Of a stretch of DNA of 64,000 nucleotides, positions 1 to 11,225 are shown in pieces (within the stretch, counting starts at the first letter, position 1; each line of letters begins with the position of its first letter). Position numbers and translations under genes: made by a program. The notes beneath the pieces were generated by a model. The model ran no database searches. It was given only the letters and a program-made list of their open reading frames with translations, and was not told the origin of the DNA. The DNA comes from Guillardia theta CCMP2712 (taxonomy: Eukaryota > Protista > Cryptophyta), in contig NW_005434669.1 of assembly GCF_000315625.1 (NCBI RefSeq), positions 407,238 through 471,237 of the forward strand, read 5' to 3'.

Positions 1-912
1 CAGAATGAAACAGGACCAACGTCGGTTGGAAGGATGCAATCAAGATATACACTCTGCAATCAAACTTCTTGTTGTCGATCGTCCACAGCCTGCTCACTGA
101 GAGGCTTGCTACGGTTCCCGGCCGAGGGCAGAGGTTCTTGTTTTCCCTCGCTAGCTGATCGATCTGATACCTCGTTCTGAGATGAATGTGCCGGCCTGTA
201 GAGCCGTTTGAAGCCTTCAAGAACCACAAATCGCTGTCGTTTCTGGCGAACAAGTCATTCCTGTACAAGAAGCGCTGGCAATTACGCGAATCGTTCAGAT
301 CTAACGTGACAGGATAGGATTGGAACGGCCTGCAGTTGTATTTCTCCTCATATTGCTGCATGCGTTCCAAGAATGTGACCTTGTTGTCTATTCCTGCCCC
401 TAACCGTGAGATCATCAACCCAAGTTTGCCTCCGGTTGCTCTTGACCACATCACGTTCGCATACCACAGGAAGCACAGAGTTCGCTGGTTCAGGTTCCGG
501 CGCGATGAGAGTTCGCCGGGAAAGAGCAACTCCAATGGAGGTCTTGTTGCATTCTTGGTCTCATACCCGCAAAGATTTCTCAGACGAAGTGCGCAGTTCG
601 TGCAGATAGAACCGTCCATATAGTGGTAGTTCCCTGCTGTGAGGCCCAGTTTCGGCATTATGCCCATGGAACGAAAGCGCTGGAGAGCCATTCTGCTCTG
701 ATTCAGAACTTGAGTATCATGTTCATAGTACAGATTTTGAAATGGCGTGGCTACCTGCTGAGAGAGGCTTCCTAACATTGTGGTGTAGACTGCTATCAGA
801 ACAAGGATCATTGAAACAAACCTCAGCAGAGCTGAGTAAAGCTCTTGCCCCTCCCCTCCCCTCCAAGCTCTGCCGGCAAGTGACAGAGGAGAAGGCAGAG
901 CCTCACTCTCAT
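1..912 (-). CDS. Tubulin-tyrosine ligase (TTL/TTLL)-like ATP-grasp protein with N-terminal hydrophobic anchor; multi-exon, 3' end outside the window
   Basis: Manual minus-strand translation gives DLWFLKASNGSTGRHIHL and TIDNKKFDCRVYILIASFQP, matching the TTL motifs WIxKP..S.GRGI and KFDLRVYVLVTS. The N-terminal region reads FVSMILVLIAVYTTML. Missing from the ORF track; start approximate. Confidence 0.75.
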
Positions 913-1198
913 GGTTCCTAACACGTCGTTTCATCGCTGCCTCACAAAATGTTGCCCTTCAGTTAGACATTAATTTTCATTGTGCGGGCATTCGCAACAT
1001 GCACGAAGGAGGAAAGCCTCTACAGCATTCGAGGAGAAAGGGAGCACATCCATGAAGCGTCAACCTCCTTATGGCCATGCACAGGCCGCTCCTGTCTCCT
1101 CGCCAAGTGTTCCTGCATGCTGTCCTCCACAGCCTTGTTCGCCATCTCTGTGACGACGCCAGTCGGGGAGGGAACCACGGATGATGGCGGACCGTAAT

Positions 1199-1217
1199 AA
1201 AAAAGCAGATTGAAAAA
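1199..1217 (-). terminator. RNA Pol III oligo-dT terminator of tRNA-Ser
   Basis: T5 and T6 runs on the minus strand just downstream of the tRNA 3' end. Confidence 0.7.
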
Positions 1218-1223
1218 GAAGAT

Positions 1224-1305
1224 CGCAATCGGCAGGACTCGAACCTGCGCGGGGAGACCCCAAAGGATTTCTAGTCCTTCGCCTTAACCGCTCGGCCACG
1301 ATTGC
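1224..1305 (-). tRNA. tRNA-Ser (AGA)
   Basis: Reverse complement GCAATCGTGGCCGAGCGGTTAAGGCGAAGGACTAGAAATCCTTTGGGGTCTCCCCGCGCAGGTTCGAGTCCTGCCGATTGCG: 7-bp acceptor stem, AGA anticodon, long variable arm, GTTCGA T-loop. Confidence 0.96.
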
Positions 1306-1756
1306 TTCGTGTCAGGGCGCTCCGCCCATGGTTTATGTTTGCAAGGAGGAACGATATCGATACCATGAGAGAACTGAGATCGGAGGGAGGAGGCTGAGGG
1401 ATGCAGAAACAGAGACAGAGATCGGGAGAGGAGGAGGATGACATGGTGTAGGAGAAGAAGAGACGAGATGAGGAAAAGGTTCGACAAGACAAAGAAAATC
1501 TCAGTGTTTGCACAGTAAGAAAGGAAGTAAAAGGCTGATCTTGCCATGGCAGCGAGAGGGAGAGGAGCGGGGTCAACCATGAGCAGAGAGACGATGAAAA
1601 GGAAGTCGTCATATGGTGAAAATGTCTATCAGATGCTGTCTCCCCCTTCCAAGTAGTGAGATGAGGGATGGCTGCAAATTTTAGGGCGGCGGGGGGACGG
1701 GGTGTGTGGAGGGGGAGGGGGGGTTGTTTGCGGCCTGCGGGTTGTTGGTGTAGCAG

Positions 1757-2734
1757 TTGATGTTCATGCAGGGGATGCTAAGGAGCTTTGACCAGCACGT
1801 CTCTTGCTGCCTCCTCCTAATCATCGCCGTCTCCTGCGGATCGTTTCACTCTACCGAGACCGTAACGCCCAATGGTAGCCCACTCGGATTGAGGAGGACT
1901 GTCTTCCTGTCCAGGAGCCTCCGTGCCTCAGAGACACGGCTGGGGCTACGAGGAGGATCAGATGAGCCTCGAGCACAGAACAGCAGCTGCTGCGCGCCAT
2001 CGTGGGAGGTCATCACTGACATCAGCACGAGCTACAACGGTAGCTTCAACTGCACGCACGTCGCCGCGAGGTTCGACAGGGACCCGTCGGACACGCTGGT
2101 CACGGGAGGAGACACGCAGATGACGGTGTTCAGGAACGTCAAGAACGGGATAGGGGTGGAGATCATACATGGAGAGGATCACTACATGTGTATTGGGTTC
2201 TTCCGATTCCTTACCAGCGAGATCTTCAGCATCGTGACTGATTTACCTCACATGCAGGACTTCTCGTACGACTGCCCGGGGCACGTCGCCTTCATCAACG
2301 GGCATGTCACCGGTGACTTCTTCATGGCGCCAGACTTTTACAACGCCATGAGGGCTGGGCCTGGACGACGTTTCTTCAGCGAGGAGAGGATGATGAGCGA
2401 GGGATGGCAGGCGGCCAAGTCCGATGAGACTGGAGGGCAAGGAACGATCCTCTATCACAAGGATGGGAACTGGACAGTGATGCCCCTCAGCACCTGCATC
2501 GTCGTGAAGCACACGCAGACAGGAGACGCGAAACTGATCTTGCTCGAAGATGGGTTCATCTACTTGGGGGCCAAGGACCCGCATGGCATGTTTTTCAAGC
2601 CTCCGGCTGCTATCTGTGCATTCAACACTTGCAAACACGTTGTCAAAACACGTGAAGAGGGGGAGCAGATGCTATCAGGTCTTGTCTGTGAAGAAGACTT
2701 GGCAGCTATTCTACCGAACGCAAGAGTCACGTAA
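1757..2734 (+). CDS. Hypothetical protein with signal peptide and LGLRGG leader motif
   Basis: 325-aa ORF; hydrophobic CCLLLIIAVSCG, then an S/R-rich leader ending RLGLRGG; mature domain not recognised. Confidence 0.7.
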   Translation: MMFMQGMLRSFDQHVSCCLLLIIAVSCGSFHSTETVTPNGSPLGLRRTVFLSRSLRASETRLGLRGGSDEPRAQNSSCCAPSWEVITDISTSYNGSFNCTHVAARFDRDPSDTLVTGGDTQMTVFRNVKNGIGVEIIHGEDHYMCIGFFRFLTSEIFSIVTDLPHMQDFSYDCPGHVAFINGHVTGDFFMAPDFYNAMRAGPGRRFFSEERMMSEGWQAAKSDETGGQGTILYHKDGNWTVMPLSTCIVVKHTQTGDAKLILLEDGFIYLGAKDPHGMFFKPPAAICAFNTCKHVVKTREEGEQMLSGLVCEEDLAAILPNARVT

Positions 2735-2852
2735 TGATCCACATTACCTTCTTGCTGCTTAAGTATCAATCGTATCACTCCTGGCAGCCTCGCTGGATTG
2801 CGAGCATTTACTAGTCTTACATCTTCGAAAGTCGTTGATTTAGTTTAGTCTT

Positions 2853-3744
2853 CTATTGTATTGCAACATCAGCAATCGGGTTTGCATGTATAGTGATAGA
2901 CTGAACCGCATCCACGTAAGTCAAGAGGTAGAGAGCAACAAGTTCTGCTTACTTTGAGCTTGATCTCTTCCACCGGTCGATCCTTCGCTCCCACTGGAAC
3001 CTATGTGACGGGCGTCAATCATCACAGGATCATCCCGTCTCACCTTCTCCATCGCGTCCAACGTCTCCCACCCAGAGATGACTCTGCGGACACAGGTGAC
3101 GAGGGGGAGGGAGGGATGCTCAGCCACTCACTTGCCAAACAGAGGATACTTCATGTTCAGGTGAGGAAGCTTCGTGTACGAGATAAAGAACTGTGAGCCG
3201 TTCGTGTCCGGCCCTTTGTTCGCCATTCCTAACATCCCACGGGCAGAGAACTTGAGGTCCTCTTTGATCTCGTCGGCAAACGTCTTGCCGAAAATGCTTT
3301 CTCCTCCCTTTCCCGTTCCTGGCGAACAAGCCGTCAAGATGCAGATTTGACAAGGCAGGTTGCTTAGATGAATCACCAGTGGGATCTCCTCCCTGGATCA
3401 TGAAACCTGGTTGGCACGGGGTAAACTCTTGTGAAGCAAGTTGAGCGTGAGAGACCTTTGATGTTGCGATGAAAGACTGTATTGTCGTAGTATCCACTAG
3501 CTGATAACGCTAAGAAGTTCTGTAATACATAACATGTCAAGAATCGCCCAGCATCGCAGGGCACATTGCAGCAGAGCGATTCAGCCCGCCTAGCCTCCCG
3601 TCCTACGACCTTTCTTCCTCCGCCATCCCTTCCTCCCTCTCAAATTCACCGCATGCGGCTTCTTACCTCGCATGACTGCGGGGCTCTGTCACAGAAGAGC
3701 TCCACCTTGATGTCTCCCAGCGACGTATGCAGCGTCGCCGCCAT
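2853..3744 (-). CDS. PPIL3: Cyclophilin-type peptidyl-prolyl isomerase, PPIL3-like; multi-exon
   Basis: Exons join as [19 protein letters not shown] / [22 protein letters not shown] / [10 protein letters not shown] / [24 protein letters not shown] / [13 protein letters not shown] / [10 protein letters not shown]. Confidence 0.93.
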
Positions 3745-3829
3745 TCCCGTTACTACACTTCCAAAAACCGTTATGACCATGCGTTACATTTCAGTTAAAG
3801 AACGGCTACCGCAGTTCCGACTCAGGCCC

Positions 3830-4300
3830 GGACAGTGACTCCGCGGCGGCCGGGCCCCAGTCCCCGGCCCGGCTAGTACTCGCCTCAGTCAGTGAGCCGG
3901 GCCGGGCCGCCGGCGGGGCGGCGGCCACTTGACTGCCAAAGTCACTAGTACCACCCTGAGCCTCCGACCGTAGGCTTGGCTCCGTGGCACCCCGGCGGCC
4001 CAGTCCGGCTCAGTCGGAGTGACGTGTGACGGTACGGTCGGACGGTCCGATCACCGTGGCACGTGACCGTGCCGTGTACTATCCCGGAGTCCAGGACTCG
4101 ATGATCCGTGATCGGTGCCCCGGGCCCAGTACAGTACATGCGGCCAGTGGCAGTCCCAGTGAGTACTTCGGTACGGTAGTACTGGGGCCCGGGGGACCAA
4201 ACTTCAGCGGCCAGAGCCGCCACACTCGGACACCGTGCACTGGCCAGTGACTGAGTCAGACGCCGGGTGGCAAGTTGCCGGGCCCATACCGGGTGGCAAG
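3830..4300. promoter_or_regulatory. GC-rich palindrome-word island upstream of cyclophilin
   Basis: Dense CCGG, GGCC, GTAC/AGTACT, ACGGT/ACCGT, GAGTC/GACTC and GATC words; regulatory role inferred from position only. Confidence 0.5.
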
Positions 4301-4482
4301 TAGAACCGTACGTATGTTTACAAGAACATCAGTTTACATGGAGAGAGTAAGGTACAGTAACGGTTGAACGAATTAACAGCTGACTCTCATGACCGTACGA
4401 CCAGCGGCTTCATAATTCGGACTTCAAAGCTTCACGGTGCCACTTCCAACTGACTGAGAAGATCGGAAGGCAGTGACGAGCA

Positions 4483-7400
4483 TCAAGACCAGAAGTTGGG
4501 GACAGGCGACCAGTGGCTGTCGAGGCCCTTCACGTCCAGACTCTTCAAGTTGCTCGCATCCTCCACTGTCTGCATTGCCGTGATGGCGCAGTCGAGGCCT
4601 GCGTTCCCGGCATGAGCACGGCGCTCTGGCAGGAGCAGAGCAAACTCACTCTCACCTCCATCCCTGCTGGATGAAACTCCGGCGTCCATGTCGCACAGGC
4701 CCATCCCCTCACGCCCACTGATGGAGGCCATCTGGGAAGGGACGGTCAGCTCCTCGCACTGGAGGATGACGTCGTCCGCTGAGCACAGCATCGGGTCCTC
4801 CACACCGATCTCCTCCTGCAGCTCCGACAGCATGCTCCTCTTCATCAATGCAGCTGCATCGCTTCTCTCATCTTTCCTAGCAGACGTTGATTCTGATGCA
4901 GCCACTGCCACCGGCACCTGCACGTTTGGCGTCTTGTTTCTGCTCGAGGATTTCTTCTTTTGCTTCTTCTCAGAACTTGAAGAACTAGAAGAGGCACTTT
5001 CCTTCGCTCGCTTATGGGCATCAGCTTGCAAGCTGACGGCTGGAGAGGCATGACCGTCAAACATCTCGCTCATGGGCATAGGGATCGACATGCCCACGTT
5101 GGCAGGAGCGATGGGATACATCTGATTCGCGGGGTTAATCTGAGCGTTGTACATGCTCCACCCGTGCTGGAACGGATCCTTGGGCATCGGCATCCTGCTG
5201 TCTTGCGTCATCATCATCTCAGTGTGCCCCGGGTGTATTCCAGGAGGACCAACCCCGCCGACGCCCATCCATGACGGTGAGATGCCCGCGTGCGGCACTT
5301 TCGGATCGTTCCTCCCCCGCCCGGACTTCACGAGCACGAACGCATGGGAAGTCAGCGGGGCCGCTGGCTCCCACTCGGGAGGGTGGGACGGCAAGTTGCT
5401 GATGCCTGCTGCCATCTCCGCATTCACCTGACTTGGGTTCCACCATGTCTGGAAAGGCGAAGCTCTCTTCGTCCCCTCCAGACGCCGCGCGCTCTGATGA
5501 ACCAGCGATGACGCATGCAGGTGCGGCGACGCTCGCGGGTCGATGAAGCCATACGAGCGCTGCTCGCTGGCTATGCAGTGCACCAGCACCATGGTGGCAT
5601 ACTGAGCATGCGACAGCGTGTGGAACTGGAGGCCTTTCTCCTTGATGAAGTTGCAGCAGTCCAGCCGGCTGCCGACGATCTTGTTGGGCATCACTGGGAT
5701 CGTGTCCCGCAGGCTCCCTCGTCCTGGTCGGAGACCTGCGACGAAGAAGCGCTCGTTGAAGCAGCCTGAGTGACAATTAGACGGCAGCGCCGACATCACA
5801 AGTCGCTCACCATGCTTGCACTGCCACGACGCTGAACCGACACCCTCAGCTAGGATAGGCGAGTTGGAGCTTTCCTTCTCCTCCCTCCTCCTCACGTCCA
5901 GCAACCCTTGAGGAACATCGTCGCCAGAGAATCCACAGTGGAAGCTCGAGATGAGCCCCAGGGCCGTGGCGGACTCGAGCATGCGCTTGTACCAACAGCT
6001 GCGACAGGAGTGAGAAAACGTGAGACTAGGGGGCAGCAGGTCAATCTTACGAGAGGTGCATGGTCACTCTCAGCCTGAAGTTGAGCGAGCGCTGAACGAA
6101 GATATACTTGGTTGCGTCCTGAGGAGGCGGAACATGAAGATGCCTGAAGACAGATCTCAGTTGCGAGAAAAGGAAGTAGGGAGGGAGAGATCTGGAAGAC
6201 AGGGGAGGGGGGAGGAGCACAGGGTCAAACAAGGGGAGGCAGAGAGGTAGGTTATTACATGAACTTGAAGCCGTTCGAAGCTGCAAAGTCGATGTATCCT
6301 TGCATGATTGCAGTCAAGATGGCATGTCTCTCTGCTCCAGGCAATCCAGGCCACACGGGAGGACTATCGAAGCACTCCACGTAAACTCTCCCTGCATAAT
6401 TTGGCGCTGAGTTTGCCCAGTATTCATTGACGTACATGCCAAAGATGACCACATCGGCGCCCTTGACGTGCTGGAACGCAAACACAGCTTTGTTCATGTA
6501 CACCACCTCGCCTCTCGCAGCATCGTCTCCCATCATCTTGAGCGACTTATCTACCTTCCCCAACGACAGCCGCTTCTCCACGTTGCTCAAGACACGTACG
6601 GTGACGTTGCTACATCCCGCTGCAGTGTTCGCTTTTGTCGTGAGAACCTCTCCGAGCTCTGAGATCGCCAACTTCGACGACCATCTGTTCTGAAGATCCA
6701 GGCTTGAGCTTTCTTGCGCGCTGGCGCTGGTCATGAATGGCATCCCATCCTTGTCCATCTGCATTCCTGGCACCCACCGATGCTCCATGGCCAACTTGCT
6801 CTTTCCCTCGCCTTCTTTGATTTCAGACTCGCCAAATGGTTTGTCGAAGACAGCTTCGCTATCTGTACAGCGGAAGTCACTCAGATAAGTTAGGCGCACA
6901 ACAAAGCACAGGGGACCTGGTTGAGTCGATTCACTTTCCTCTGTCATTGGCAGTCGCTTCCATTCAAAGAGAGCTTCGGCTGTTGAAGCACATTGAGCAC
7001 TGGATGGTCAAACAACTTCCACGTTTCACCTCCTGACCGTGGACGTTTCAAGTGGCTGGAGACAGCATGCTTTGCTCCCTTTCCCGATTGAGAGGTTGAC
7101 TCATCCTTACCTGGATCGTTTCATGTCATTTCAAGTATCCGAGTACTCTTTCTTGCATTTATCCACGTGTGTATCAGCTATGCGACAACGGTTACCTTTG
7201 GACGTCTCAGAAGTTGCTTGTCTTTTCCGGGAAGCTGTCTCACGATCAAGCTCCTGCTTCTCACCCGTCAGTTTCAACCCCTGCATCTATCCATCCTGAC
7301 AACCTGCCCCTTCTTGGCAGGATCTTGATTCGAACTTGAAACAGAGTTCGAAGCTTCATTGCCTCGGAGAGATCTCTGTGACGTAAATTTCAAAATTCCG

Positions 7401-8410
7401 GAGAAGCTGCAGAGGGAAGAAGCGGACAGGCAAAGGCAAAGGCAGAGTAATGTGGTGAAATCAGATGTTGTCTTGCCTGTGAAGAACTTCTTTTGGGTCG
7501 AGAAACAACGACTCTCGTCAAATCTTCATTTGTAGGCGAGTTGTCTTTCCCCGCACTTCATACAAGCGACATTCAGCAATCACCAATTCAACACTCCTTG
7601 CTCACCTGTCGCTTCCACTGCTCCCTCCACTTGTGCTCCCACTTCCATGAGAGCTGCTGCCATGCCCATTGGAACTGACACAGCTCATCTCAGAGTCCAC
7701 ACATCAAAGCGAGCAGCCCCACCTGTTTCCGCTCTCGCACCCGTTGGAGCTGTGCCCGTTGGAGCTGTGCCCGTTGGACTCGCTCGCCGATGCCATGTAA
7801 CCCTTCTCGTTGCTCCCCTTATCGCTATCCGATCCTGCTGTCTGTGGAGATGATCCAGAAGAATCCTTCTGCTTCTTTGAAGCTGACAAGAGTCCTTTCT
7901 CTGTCACTTCAGTCAAGACAGCTCAAGCATACTTCAGCAATCGACGCTACCAAGACTTTTCGAGGAGAAGGTGTCACTCGAACAACCAGTCATGGCATCC
8001 ACAGAGCCTCCGGTGGAAGAAGCACTTATCTCAGGATATTGAGATCCATCTTTGAACACTTGAGCTAGTGTACTGCTCTGGGATGAGTAGCACTTGATGA
8101 AAGAGATAAACTCTTCTGTCCCAAATTTCTGGCCCAAAACTGTCACAAACACTCAAAACCCTCCACGTGCATCAACCTGCTCCTTCCATAGATCGTAGCA
8201 TGTCTCAACGGCGAGTCTCGCTCCATCTGTAAGCTCAGATATCGCTTGTAGGATCACTGACTCTGGAATCGGCAACGAGTGCAAGTTGTTGCCCCCGCCC
8301 TCCCCTTCCATGTTTATGAAGGAATCGGCAGCCTGTTGACTGTGATCACCAGACACAAGTGATGCAGTCAAGTAATCTACCTGCATAGTTGAAGACAAGC
8401 AGCTGGACAA
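4483..8410 (-). CDS. CBP/p300-type (KAT11) histone acetyltransferase-like protein; multi-exon, start uncertain
   Basis: VTVRVLSNVEK, YMNKAVFAFQHVKGADVVIFGMYVNEY, GRVYVECFDS, ILTAIMQGYIDF, HLHVPPPQDATKYIF, WYKRMLE and GSRLDCCNFIKEKGLQFHTLSHAQYATM parallel the p300 HAT domain. Confidence 0.85.
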
Positions 8411-10239
8411 TGTGTTGATAGCAGGAGGCTGGACGAATCTCCCTCAGGTAGCCAACATGTGGGATCGTACCACTTCTGATCCAAAAATGCAACAACTCCA
8501 GGTCCAGCCCTCAGATTGAATTTTCCCCCTATCAGGAGCAGAACAATTGCCCTACGAGCTGTGCTTCTTCTTTCTTTCTTTTCAGTTGCTGCTTTCGATT
8601 TCTCACATACCTGCCACTGCTCTCCGCAGAAAGCTCACCCTCTCCTCATGAATCCACCAGGAGTAGGACTTTCTATCCGTGATCTTAGCAAGGACACGAT
8701 GCTGGATGCCTTTGTTGTGAGATTTCTTACTCCTGCAAAACCTAGATTGTGTTCGTTGTGTGTCTTTTTTTTCTCTTTGTTTTCCCCGTCTGCTTCACCC
8801 GCTGTACTGAGATACGCACACGAATGGCATCCCTTGGTGCGATGAACCCATAGGAAAATTAGCAGTACCCCCAAATCCATAGTACAAAATACCCTGTTTT
8901 CAACCAAAGAGGAGGTCAACGCGAAGGTAGCATAAGCAATCTGAGAGCAATCTCGCCGAAGCTCGGGCGATCAATTCCTTTGAAAAAGCATCTTTTGGGG
9001 TCAAGGATACTTCCAGATGACAAGATGGACCCCTTCAAATACAATCTCCGCAGAAGAGATTTGATGCGACTGATCTCGCGATCATCTCCCAACCGAACCG
9101 TTGTAAGTTTTGCCGAGGTCTGTCGTGATCGCAATCTCATGGGATCCTTTGATCTACCCCACCCACTTCCACAGATTTAACCCCTACCCCATGAATTCAA
9201 TTTTCTAGCATAGGTTTTGAAACTTTCATCATATTTTGAATTATAGAAGATGTAATGCATTAATTGACTCGTCCATTTCATATATGAAGCACCTGAAATC
9301 TGTCCGAGTGGGTAGGGTATCGCGACGTCTTTACTGGGAGGAAAGGGGGTGGGGGTATCAAGGTATGAAGGGGTGGGGCTGGGGGTGGGGTAAAAGGGGC
9401 TGTCGGGGAAGATAAAACAACGTATCCTGTTGTCCAATATCATCCGCAGCATGGCTTCATTGATCCATCTTGTGCTCTTGGTGCTGTAATGAGATTCAGC
9501 CCTGTGCCTGGACCCTAAGGTTGCTCTATCTGCTTGCCCGTCTTCTTTCCTGTCCACCTGCCCTGTCCTCCCTGTTCAGTTTTTTTTTGTCTTCTTCACT
9601 GCTGAGAGTAGTGCTGCCAGTCTACTGCCCTGTGCTACTCCTTGAAATCTCTGATTTTTCCTGTTATGTCATTTTTCACCGTGGTCACGATGTTTTAGCT
9701 TTATCCACCTCTCACTTTTTTCTCCGCATTCACTCTACACGGGTACGCTGATTGTTTCAAGATTTCTTGTTGTCCCCTCTCATTCGATATCTCCATACTT
9801 ATTCTGTTCCATTACTTCCTTCTTTCAATCTTTGTAATTAGTCTTCTTTTCTCCAAATTATTGCTCTTTTTGGTTCAGATCTTGCAGAGCAACTCTTTTT
9901 GTTTTCCGAAACAAAAGACAACTGCATGTATAAATACATGTTTTCATTTTGTTGTTTCTAATTTTGATAAAATCTTTGATCGTTCACTACTCTCACTCGC
10001 ACCTTCGTCGGAATCAAGAGTGATTTCTTATGTCTTATCTCGCTTAGAACTACTGATTGAAGATCACATGGTATCGATGAAGTTTGATGTGGCCACCGTT
10101 ATTCGGGACAGCAGTGGGCAAATCACATTGAATCATGGCATTCAAGGCACCATTGAGTTAAGTTCATCCTATTTTGATTGACTCATCACCACTCCAGGAA
10201 GCTAAAGCTTGCAGCAGACTCGTGCTCTGTAGTCCATGA

Positions 10240-11030
10240 TTCAAGTAGCCTCGGGGGCCCGGCCCGCGGCCGGCGGCGCCCGGCGGCGCCGGCCGGATCA
10301 TACCGTGACCGTCGTACAGTCTGATCAGAATCATGAGTCGCCCAGCGCCGCTGCGACCCAGGGTCACCGTGCGAGGGGAGCAGCACGGTGGGCTGCCCCG
10401 CCTGCCCCGCGGGGTACCGTCTACAACGACGACGGGCTCAGGGATCGGACGGCGGCGACTCTCGGACCCGGGCCCCCGGCGGCCGCCGCGCCGCGTGACC
10501 GGGTACCGGGTCAGCGGCGTGCCGCGGCAGCCTCGGACGGTCCGGCGTGGCAGTGATCGGATCGGATCGGACGGCCTCTGAGTTGAAGTTCACGGTTACG
10601 GTAGGCGACGGCCGGGCTGACTGACCGCCGCACCCGGTGACCGTCCGTGGCCGGCGGCGGCCGCGGGGCCGCCGGCCGGCGGCCACGGTGGGCGGCCCGC
10701 CGGCCTCCGAGACGAGGCTCGGACTCCCGGTCCGGGAGACTCTGAACTTGAAGATCGGACCGTCCACGGTGGCAACCAGGCCCACCTTTTTTACTCTGGC
10801 AAAGTTAAGTTAAAAATCAGCCTGGCAGCCCACCAGTACGGTACCCGGCGTCACTCAGTTCAACGGTTCCCAGCCGGCCGCTGAGGTGCCAGGCTGGCAG
10901 CGGCCGGCGGGCTTCGAGTCAACGCAGCCTGGGCGGAGGCTTTAGTAGGCCGCCGCCGCCCCCCGGTTCAAAGGCCGCCACTGGCACTGCAGCCGCTGAG
11001 CGGCGGGCCCGGGCGGGCTATTTTGGGACT
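10240..11030. promoter_or_regulatory. GC-rich palindrome-word island upstream of coiled-coil gene
   Basis: Same vocabulary as 3830-4300; includes a GATCG tandem at about 10555-10572. Confidence 0.5.
10784..10840. repeat. Dispersed element-end motif, copy 1 (interrupted)
   Basis: ACCTTTTTTACTC[TGGC]AAAGTTAAGTTAAAAATCAG[CCTGGCAGCCCACCAG]TACG matches the copies at 41043 and 44427. Confidence 0.8.
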
Positions 11031-11225
11031 CGGGAGCCGTAGCTGATAACTTAAATTGTAAGCCCGCCTCTGTCTTTGACTTACTAGCAAGCAGTGGCTA
11101 GCGTGAAGCGCGTAGGGCCGGACAGACATTCAGAGGAGGCAGAAGTGGGAGCGAGGACCGTCTGACGAGCCCTGCCAGGAGGTTGAAGCCTGAGACTGTT
11201 TGGAGCAGCTCCAAACGAGACGAGG

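Noticed and set aside
7740-7778. 15-bp tandem repeat
   Set aside because: Encodes a low-complexity SNGHS linker in the HAT gene; unremarkable.
8500-10200. Short ORFs, possible decayed gene or TE
   Set aside because: No recognisable motif or termini.
10164-10785. Several R/G/P/A-rich ORFs in GC islands (also 3945-4250 and 15147-15684)
   Set aside because: They are a stop-poor consequence of GC content, overlap in many frames and show no domain signal.
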